A stretch of DNA of 64,000 nucleotides, from contig CAVPCQ010000005.1 in assembly GCA_963702425.1 (NCBI GenBank), positions 1 through 64,000 on the forward strand. The letters run 5' to 3'. This document shows, one piece after another, positions 13,162-20,311 of this stretch. Positions within the stretch are counted from its first letter, which is position 1. Each line of letters starts with the position of its first letter. Under the pieces are notes generated by a model. That model searched no databases, had not been told where the DNA came from, and was given only the letters and a program-made list of their open reading frames with translations. This DNA comes from an uncultured Acidobacteriota bacterium. GTDB taxonomy: Bacteria; Acidobacteriota; Polarisedimenticolia; J045. The position numbers and the translations under genes are program-made.

Positions 13162-14454
13162 TCACGCCGCAGCCGCGTCCGGCAGCACGTCCTCGGTCCG
13201 CTCGCCGCGCAGTTGCAGCAGCGCCGCGCCCATCCCCGTCACCGTGACGATCAGCCAGGCCAGGTTCCCGAGGTAGGGGATCAGGGTCAACAGGAACAGG
13301 GTCGCGACGCCGATGACGAGCGCCAGGACCGGATGCGTGGTCGACCACGGGCTGCGCGGCGCCCCGGCGGCGGCGGCGCGGCCCGTGAGGCGCCGCAGCA
13401 TCGCGAGCGCCCAGAGACCGAGCACGATCTTCCCGATCACGCCGCCGAAATAGATCAGCGCGCCGAGGGCCGACCAGATGCCGGCGGCGAGCGGCAGCTG
13501 CAGCAGGCAGACGCACAGCACGCCGGCGACGAGCAGGACGAGCAGCCCGACCAGCCCGATCCCGAACGACGCCCCGAGCCCGTTGCCGCTCGCGGTGCGC
13601 TCGAGCGCCCCGTCCACGAAGGGCCGGAAGAACAGGAGCAGCGCAACGCCGGCGACGAGCGCCACGACGGCGAGATAGCCGCGCCAGAGCGCACGCATCC
13701 CGAAGCCGCTCCCCTCCGCTTCGGCCGCCGGGTCCGGCGTCTCGCCCGCGCCCGGCTCGGGCCCCTTCGTCACCGCCCCGGCCACGATTCCCTGCGGCAC
13801 GGCGACCTCGTTGCGCGCGGAGTAGGTCAGGCGTCCGCCGATCCGGGCGAGCGGGCCGAAGGACAGCTCGTCGCAGCGCACGTCGACGTCGCCGTCGACC
13901 GGTCCGTTGATCTCGACCTTGCCGGAACGGGCGACGAGGCTCCCGCCGATCGCTCCCTCGATCGTCGTCGCCCCGGCGTAGGCCGCGACCGACCCCGCGA
14001 TCCGGCTGCCGGGATCGAGGCGGAAGTTGCTGGCGAAGATCATCGCGTTGCGGCCGACGCTCCCCCGGATCACGATCTTGTTCGCGGCCGCACGGACCCC
14101 GCCCGTCACGCTGCCGTCGATCGAGACATCCTCGGTGAAGCTCATCAGGTCGCCCTCCACGGTCCCGGGAACGTGGACGGTGACGGCGAAGGTCGCGACG
14201 TCGCCCTGGAGCGTGCCGTCGATCCGGGTCGTCGTCGCGAAGGCGTAGAGGTCGGCGGCAGTCGCCTGCCCGGCCGGCACGTCGACGCGCCCCCCCTTGA
14301 CCATCCAGATCCCACCGAGCTTCAGTTCCTGCGGCGGGGGCGACGGTGGCGATGGCGGCGGCTGTTCCCCCGGTGCGTCGGCGCCCCGCGCCGCGCCGCA
14401 CGTCGCGAGCGCGACGGCGGCCCACGCGGCCGCTCGGACGATCCTGGGGATCAC
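13162..14454 (-). CDS. Polymer-forming cytoskeletal (bactofilin-like beta-helix) protein with C-terminal multi-TM domain
   Basis: GTG after GAGAGGAGG; signal peptide; repeats such as IDGTLQGDV, VPGTVEGDL, IDGSVTGGV, IRGSVGRN, INGPVDGDV; then about 5 TM helices. Confidence 0.75.
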   Translation of the reverse strand: MIPRIVRAAAWAAVALATCGAARGADAPGEQPPPSPPSPPPQELKLGGIWMVKGGRVDVPAGQATAADLYAFATTTRIDGTLQGDVATFAVTVHVPGTVEGDLMSFTEDVSIDGSVTGGVRAAANKIVIRGSVGRNAMIFASNFRLDPGSRIAGSVAAYAGATTIEGAIGGSLVARSGKVEINGPVDGDVDVRCDELSFGPLARIGGRLTYSARNEVAVPQGIVAGAVTKGPEPGAGETPDPAAEAEGSGFGMRALWRGYLAVVALVAGVALLLFFRPFVDGALERTASGNGLGASFGIGLVGLLVLLVAGVLCVCLLQLPLAAGIWSALGALIYFGGVIGKIVLGLWALAMLRRLTGRAAAAGAPRSPWSTTHPVLALVIGVATLFLLTLIPYLGNLAWLIVTVTGMGAALLQLRGERTEDVLPDAAAA

Positions 14455-14534
14455 GACGGCCTCCTCTCTCGCGCTCTTTTCGCCATTCGCGGACAAGCAA
14501 ACACCTCGTTGCCTCCGCCGTCTGCCGCGGAGCG

Positions 14535-14586
14535 GCGAGCGGTGCGGAAAGCGGTCGCCAGCGGTCGAGCCGCGGCGTCCGGCGGT
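14535..14586 (-). promoter_or_regulatory. Direct-repeat array (ACCGC core), candidate LytTR binding boxes
   Basis: GCGGT on + strand at 14539, 14561, 14582 (22 and 21 bp apart) plus 14551, in the gap upstream of the bactofilin-like gene. Confidence 0.4.
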
Positions 14587-14593
14587 CTCCGGC

Positions 14594-15340
14594 TCAAAAG
14601 CCGATCTCATTGCGCAGGCCGCGGGCGCGGCGGCGCGAGAGCGCGATCCGGGTGTGCTCGGGGTCGTCCAGCTCCAACTCGAAGTTTCCCGACTCGGCGG
14701 GCTGCACGGAGGCGATGTGCGCCAGGTTGACCAGCGCGCCGCGGTGGGTCCGGCGGAAACCGTGCGGACCGAGCAGGTCCTCCAGTTCCTGGAGCGTGCG
14801 GGGCACGAGGTACGAGTGCCCCTCCTTCCAGGCGAAGACCAGCGTGTGGTCGGCGGTGACGTGCGTCACCTGCCCGGGGTCGAGCAGGATGATCCGGCCG
14901 CGCCGGCGGGCGACGACCCGCGGCGGCATGCCGGGCTGGGCCGTCACGATCCGCGCGATCGCCTCGGGCGCCTGCTCCTTCTCGATCCGCCGCGCCAGGC
15001 GGCCGAGCGCCTCGTCGAGCCGTTCCTTCGTCACCGGCTTCACGAGGTAGTCCACGGCGTCGGCCTCGAAGGCGCGCACCGCGTAGTCGTCGTAGGCGGT
15101 GACGAAGACGACCTCCGGCAGCTCGTCGAGCCGCCGCAGGACCTCGAAGCCGTCGCCGCCGGGGATCCGGATGTCGAGGAAGATCGCGTCGGGGTCGAAC
15201 TCCCGGGCCTTGGCGAGCGCGTCCCGGACCGTGTCGGCCTCGGCCACGACCTCGACCTGCCCCGATTCCTCGAGCATCCGGATCAGGCGCCGCCGCGCGG
15301 GCGGTTCGTCCTCGACGATGAGAGCGCGGATCTTCGGCAT
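14594..15340 (-). CDS. LytTR-family response regulator
   Basis: Receiver IVEDEPPARRRL...FLDIRIP...FVTAYDDYAVRAFEADAVDYLVKP; LytTR domain FRRTHRGALVNL...LSRRRAR. Confidence 0.93.
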   Translation of the reverse strand: MPKIRALIVEDEPPARRRLIRMLEESGQVEVVAEADTVRDALAKAREFDPDAIFLDIRIPGGDGFEVLRRLDELPEVVFVTAYDDYAVRAFEADAVDYLVKPVTKERLDEALGRLARRIEKEQAPEAIARIVTAQPGMPPRVVARRRGRIILLDPGQVTHVTADHTLVFAWKEGHSYLVPRTLQELEDLLGPHGFRRTHRGALVNLAHIASVQPAESGNFELELDDPEHTRIALSRRRARGLRNEIGF

Positions 15341-16557
15341 CAGTCCTCCTCTTCGGTTCCGGCGTCGCCGGGTGTCGCCGGCGGCAGCACGATGCGCGCC
15401 AGTGTTCCCGGTCCGTCGGACGCCCGGTCGATCTCCAACCATCCGCCACGCGTCGCGGCGACGCGGGCGGCGATGTTCTCGAGCGCGTGGCCCCGCGGCA
15501 GGGCCTCCCCGACCCGGCCCGGCCCCGGCCCGTGGTCGCGCACCTCCAGCACCAGCGCGTCGCCCCGCCCGCGGTAGGCGCGCACGTAGATCCGCCCCTC
15601 GCCGGTCTCCGGATCGCGGCCGTGGAGCACGGCGTTCTCGACCAGCGGCTGGAGCAGGAGCGGCGGCACCGGCTCGCCCCACACGTCGGGCGCGGCCTGG
15701 ACCTCGCAGCGCATGCGGTCGCCGAAGCGGGCCCGCTCGATCTCGAGGAAGTCGCCGATGAAGTGCAGCTCCTCCTCCAGCGGCACCGAGGGTTCGCCGC
15801 CGCGGCGGAAGGCGTAACGGAACAGGTCGGCGAAGCGCTCGAGCAGGTCCTCGGCCCGACGCGGGTCGTCGCGCACGAACGCCGCCGCGGTGTTCAGCGC
15901 GTTGAAGAAGAAGTGCGGGTTGATCCGCGCCTGGAGCGCGAGCAGCTCGGCCCGCGCGGCCCGCTCGCGGGCCTGCGACTGCGCCAGCCGCGCGGCGGCG
16001 AGGATCTCGTTCGCCCGCGCCAGCCGGTGGTGCAGGTCCTCGTAGGCGAAGACCAGCGTCCCCGCAACCAGCGCCAGCAGGCCGTTCATCGAGCCCACGA
16101 GCAGCACCGAGCGGCCCGCGTGCACGCTGAACGCCGGATCGATCAGGAAGCCCAGGAAGGTCGCGCCGAGCGCCCCGCCGACGAGCGTGAGCAGCACCAT
16201 CGCCACCCGCGCCGGGAGCGAGAAGCCCGACAGCCGCGGCAGCACCTCGCGGCCGGCGACCGTAGCGATCACGCCGGCCAGCAGCCCGGAGGCGGCGCCG
16301 ACGAGCACGAGCGGCCGCTGGAACGCGCCCGCCTCGAGCAGCGCCGCGAGGAAGCCGATCACCGCCCCGCTGACCGCCCCGGCGAGTCCCGCCAGCGCGA
16401 GCTCGGTCAGCATGTTGACCAGGTAAGAACGGCCGCGGCGGCGGCCGAGCCAGTCGTACGCGGGGGGCGGCGGCAGCGCCATCTCGGTGACGTGGAAGAT
16501 CACCGGGAACCGCATCGGCTTCCGCCGGCGGGCGGGGGCGTCGGAGCGCGTGCTCAT
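15340..16557 (-). CDS. LytS/YehU-type sensor histidine kinase
   Basis: LQARINPHFFFNALN H-box; RFGDRM; PPLLLQPLVENAVLHG; DHGPG; 4 N-terminal TM helices. Confidence 0.92.
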   Translation of the reverse strand: MSTRSDAPARRRKPMRFPVIFHVTEMALPPPPAYDWLGRRRGRSYLVNMLTELALAGLAGAVSGAVIGFLAALLEAGAFQRPLVLVGAASGLLAGVIATVAGREVLPRLSGFSLPARVAMVLLTLVGGALGATFLGFLIDPAFSVHAGRSVLLVGSMNGLLALVAGTLVFAYEDLHHRLARANEILAAARLAQSQARERAARAELLALQARINPHFFFNALNTAAAFVRDDPRRAEDLLERFADLFRYAFRRGGEPSVPLEEELHFIGDFLEIERARFGDRMRCEVQAAPDVWGEPVPPLLLQPLVENAVLHGRDPETGEGRIYVRAYRGRGDALVLEVRDHGPGPGRVGEALPRGHALENIAARVAATRGGWLEIDRASDGPGTLARIVLPPATPGDAGTEEED

Positions 16558-17798
16558 GACGCCCGCTCCACGCAGCGGCGGACGACGACCAGCGTCGTGT
16601 CGTCGGCCAGCGGCCCGTCGCCGGTGTGCGCCGCGTGAGCCTCGAGCAGCAGGGCCAGGAGGTCCCGCGCCGGCAGCGCGTGGCCGCGCCGCAGGATCTC
16701 CGCCACCCGCGCGCGGCCAAACTCGTCCGCGGAATCGTTCGCCGCTGGCGCCTCGACCAGGCCATCGGTGTAGAGCACCAGCGTCTCGCCGGGCTCGAGC
16801 GTCGTCTCGCCCGAGCCGTAGGGGATCCCGGGCGCCATCCCCAGCGGGAGCCCGCCTTCCTCGAGCGCGCGCACGCCGCGGGGACCGGTGACGAGCGGAA
16901 ACGGGTGGCCCGCCAGCGAGTACGACAGGCGCCCGGTCGCCGGCTCGAGCGCGGCGTAGGCGAAGGTCACGTAGCGCCCCGAGCGGGTGCGCGACGCCAC
17001 CGCGGCCGAGAGCGCGGCATTGAGCCGCGCCGGGTCGGGCTCGGCCATCGCCAGCGACTCGAAGAGGGTCTGCACGCCGGCCATCATCAGCGCCGCGGAG
17101 ACCCCCTTCCCCATCACGTCGCCGATCGACAGCGCGATCGCGCCATCGGGCAGCCGGACGAAGTCGAAGGTGTCGCCGCCGAGCATCCCCGCCTGCCGCG
17201 AGCTGAAGACCAGCTCGTAGCCCGTCAGGTCCGGGGCGGCCTTCGGCAGCAGCTCCTCCTGCACCTGCCGCGCCAGCTCGACCTCACGCTCGATCGTCTC
17301 CTTCCGGCGCAGCTCGGCGATCGTCCGCTCCAGGCGGGCCTGCAGCGAGTCCCACGCCACGATCGCGCCGCCTACCAGCAACGCCAGCGCGGAGTTGGCC
17401 CCGAGCTGCCAGAAGACGGCCGCCGGTCGGGAGTAGACGACCCCCAGCCGGTCGGCGATCGAGACCCCGGTCGCGGCGATCGCTCCGCCCACCAGCGTGA
17501 GCAGCATGACCCCGTAGCGGAGCGGAGCGGGCAGGCCGGAGAGCAGCGGGATCGCCAGCCGGGAAGCGACCAGCGCCGACGCCAGGACGGTCTCCGCGAC
17601 CAGCACCCCCTTGCGCACGAACCACCACTCGACGCCGGTGCCGGAGGCGACGCCGACGGCGGCACCGATCATCGCGCCGGTCGCGGCAGCGACCAGCACC
17701 CAGGCACCGAGCAGCCGCACGGAGCGGCGCCGGGCGAGGCGGGCGGGCTCGGCATGAGCCGACACGGCGGGTCCGTTCCTCCGGGAGGTCTCGGTCAC
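16554..17798 (-). CDS. Membrane PP2C/SpoIIE (RsbU-like) protein phosphatase
   Basis: ARQVQEELLP, GGDTFD, GDVMGKG, AGHP, LYTDGLVE and DDTT motifs; 4 N-terminal TM helices. Confidence 0.9.
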   Translation of the reverse strand: MTETSRRNGPAVSAHAEPARLARRRSVRLLGAWVLVAAATGAMIGAAVGVASGTGVEWWFVRKGVLVAETVLASALVASRLAIPLLSGLPAPLRYGVMLLTLVGGAIAATGVSIADRLGVVYSRPAAVFWQLGANSALALLVGGAIVAWDSLQARLERTIAELRRKETIEREVELARQVQEELLPKAAPDLTGYELVFSSRQAGMLGGDTFDFVRLPDGAIALSIGDVMGKGVSAALMMAGVQTLFESLAMAEPDPARLNAALSAAVASRTRSGRYVTFAYAALEPATGRLSYSLAGHPFPLVTGPRGVRALEEGGLPLGMAPGIPYGSGETTLEPGETLVLYTDGLVEAPAANDSADEFGRARVAEILRRGHALPARDLLALLLEAHAAHTGDGPLADDTTLVVVRRCVERAS

Positions 17799-17807
17799 GG
17801 TACTACA

Positions 17808-17895
17808 ACCGTTCGTTGCGGACGGCGGGCCCGGGGGCCTCGAGCGGTCGTTCCCGGGCGACGAGCGGCTGTCGTTGCCCGCCGCGAGGAGCGGT
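17808..17895 (-). promoter_or_regulatory. Candidate LytTR boxes between the PP2C operon and top6A
   Basis: Minus strand GCCGCTCGTC-N11-ACCGCTCGAG (21 bp period, 17869-17839) and a third ACCGCTCCTC; also ACCGTTCGTT on + at 17808, one mismatch from the AlgR box ACCGTTCGTC. Confidence 0.4.
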
Positions 17896-17971
17896 GGAAC
17901 ACTCTCCGGCCCGCCGGAGCCGGCCGGAGGGCTGGCCGGGTGGCACGGGACCGGCGAACGGCGAGGACGCG

Positions 17972-19114
17972 ATGGGCAAGCGCAGGGACACGTCGCAGGC
18001 GAAGAAGTCCAAGGAGGCGCTCGACCGCAAGACGGTGACCGCGATCGTCGGCGCCGCCGACCGGGTCTACGACCGGATCATGGAGGGCCAGAAACCCTCG
18101 ATGTCGTTCCCGCTGCGGACGCTCTCGAACGTCCGCTACGACAAGGACCGCGGCTATTTCGAGATCGGTCGCTCGAAGAAGAGCCGCACCATGACCGTCT
18201 CCACCGTCCGGACCTTCGCCCAGACGCTGCGGATGATGTCGCTCTCCAAGGAACTGGTCGAGACCGACGACTTCGCGACCAAGCGAGACGCCTACTACCA
18301 GTCCAAGAACTGGGCCGACGCCGCCTTCGCCGAGCAGGGCGAGTCGGACACGGTGATGGACGACATCGAGGCACTCTTCTCGGTCGAGGGGATCAGCCGC
18401 GAGCAGCTGCGCTTCGTCCCCGACGAGCACGGCGGCGCCGTCGCCGGCCGGCTGGTCGTCTTCGATCCGGACTACGCCACCGGAGAGGTCCACCGGATCG
18501 ACTGCACCCAGTTCGGTTCGGGGGCCTACAGCATCCCCTCGCTCGTGGAACACCTCTCGTTCGAGACCGACGCCAGATTCGTGCTGGCGATCGAAACGGG
18601 CGGCATGTTCCAGCGCTTGCAGAGCCACCGGTTCTGGGAGAAGGCGAACTGCATCCTGGTCTCGATGGCGGGCGTCCCGACGCGCGCCACACGCCGCTTC
18701 ATCCGCAAGCTCTCGGACGAGTGCAAGCTCCCGGTCTTCGCCTTCGTCGACTGCGATCCCTACGGGATCTCGAACATCTACCGCACGCTCAAGGTCGGGT
18801 CGGGCAACGCGGCGCACATCTCGCGCTTCTTCTGCGTCCCGAATGCGCGCTACCTCGGCGTCACGCCGCAGGACATCGTCGACTACAAGCTGCCGACCCA
18901 TCCGCTCAAGGACGTCGACGTCAAGCGGGCCAAGGACGCCCTGAAGAACGACCCGTTCTTCAAGGCCTTCCCGGTCTGGGCGAAAGCGATCGAACAGCTG
19001 CTGAAGATGGGGGTCCGCGCGGAGCAGCAGGCGCTGGCGAAATGGGGCCTGAACTACGTCCTCGACGAGTACCTGCCGCGCAAGTTGGCCCAGCCCCAGC
19101 AGTTCCTCCCCTGA
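17972..19114 (+). CDS. top6A: DNA topoisomerase VI subunit A (Spo11-like)
   Basis: Catalytic-Tyr motif ATKRDAYY, Q.ESD..MDDIE, TOPRIM glutamate (AIETGGMFQRL), GVPTRATRRF, DCDPYG, C-terminal RAEQQAL. Confidence 0.9.
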   Translation: MGKRRDTSQAKKSKEALDRKTVTAIVGAADRVYDRIMEGQKPSMSFPLRTLSNVRYDKDRGYFEIGRSKKSRTMTVSTVRTFAQTLRMMSLSKELVETDDFATKRDAYYQSKNWADAAFAEQGESDTVMDDIEALFSVEGISREQLRFVPDEHGGAVAGRLVVFDPDYATGEVHRIDCTQFGSGAYSIPSLVEHLSFETDARFVLAIETGGMFQRLQSHRFWEKANCILVSMAGVPTRATRRFIRKLSDECKLPVFAFVDCDPYGISNIYRTLKVGSGNAAHISRFFCVPNARYLGVTPQDIVDYKLPTHPLKDVDVKRAKDALKNDPFFKAFPVWAKAIEQLLKMGVRAEQQALAKWGLNYVLDEYLPRKLAQPQQFLP

Positions 19115-19241
19115 GGGGGCCTCCTTTCCCTGCGGCGAGGCGGCATTCGGCGTATCTTCTCCGGCGCCGCTCGACCGGGGTCAAGCGGGAGCGGCCGGGG
19201 CAGGACCCGCGGGTCGGCCGCCCGCGGGTGGCGAGGATCGG

Positions 19242-20252
19242 ATGTCGGAGACGGGTACACGATTCCTGCTGCGCGGGATGGGTGCGGCATTGCCCACCGG
19301 GCGGCTGGACAACGAGCGCCTGGGCGAGGCGCTCGGCATGGACGCCGAGTCGATCCTGTCGCGCACCGGGATCGTCGAGCGTTGCATCGCGGCCGCCGAC
19401 GACACGGCCTCGTCGCTCGGTGCCCGCGCGGCCCGGGCCGCGCTCGAGCAGGCGGCGGTCGACCCGGCCGAACTCGATCTTGTCCTGCTCTCGACCTACA
19501 CCCCCGACCACTGGCTCTGCCCCACCGCACCGGAACTGGCGCGGCAGATCGGGGCGACCCGGGCCGGCGCGTTCGACCTCAACGCGGCCTGCTCGGGCGG
19601 GAACACCGCGCTCCTGACCGCAACGTCCCTGATGCGGGCAGGCGTCTTCCGCACCGTTCTCGTCGTGACCTCCGACCTGACGACGCGCTACGTGCGGGCC
19701 GACGACCCGAAGACCCGGCTGGTCTTCGGCGACGGTGCCACGGCGATGCTGATCTCCGAAGCCCGCGCGGACGACCCGCGCGCCTGGACCATGGTCGCGT
19801 CGACGATGGGCGCGGACGGCGCCGGCGCCGACCTCTTCTGGGTCCCGCACGGCGGAACCGCCACGCCGCCGGTCAACGGGCACCGCTTCGAGGAGGTCCG
19901 GACAGTGGAGATGGACGGCCGCGCAGTCTTCCGTTTCGGCATCGAGCGCGGCCTTCAGGTGATCGAGGAGCTCTGCCGGCGGGCCGGGCTGGCGCCGGGC
20001 GACGTCGCCTGGGTGATCCCGCACCAGGCGAACCTGCGCATGATCTCGGCGCTCCGCGACCGATGCGCGATCCCTTCCGAGCGCTTCGTGGTCAACATCG
20101 ACCGCTACGGGAACACGGCCTCGAGCTCGATCCCGCTCGCCCTCTCGGAACTGCTGGCGTCGGGACAGGTGCGACGGGGCGACACGCTGCTGCTGGTGGC
20201 GTTCGGGGCCGGCCTGACCTGGTGCGGCCTGGCCCTCCGCGCCGGCGGGTAG
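19242..20252 (+). CDS. fabH: 3-oxoacyl-ACP synthase III (KAS III family)
   Basis: Cys-His-Asn triad: FDLNAACSG, IPHQAN, YGNTASSSIP; also FGDGA and AFGAGLTW. Confidence 0.85.
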   Translation: MSETGTRFLLRGMGAALPTGRLDNERLGEALGMDAESILSRTGIVERCIAAADDTASSLGARAARAALEQAAVDPAELDLVLLSTYTPDHWLCPTAPELARQIGATRAGAFDLNAACSGGNTALLTATSLMRAGVFRTVLVVTSDLTTRYVRADDPKTRLVFGDGATAMLISEARADDPRAWTMVASTMGADGAGADLFWVPHGGTATPPVNGHRFEEVRTVEMDGRAVFRFGIERGLQVIEELCRRAGLAPGDVAWVIPHQANLRMISALRDRCAIPSERFVVNIDRYGNTASSSIPLALSELLASGQVRRGDTLLLVAFGAGLTWCGLALRAGG

Positions 20253-20311
20253 GATTCAGCCGGAACGCCGTTTCGGCGCCTCGTGTTTGATCCGCGCTAG
20301 AATCCCCCGCG

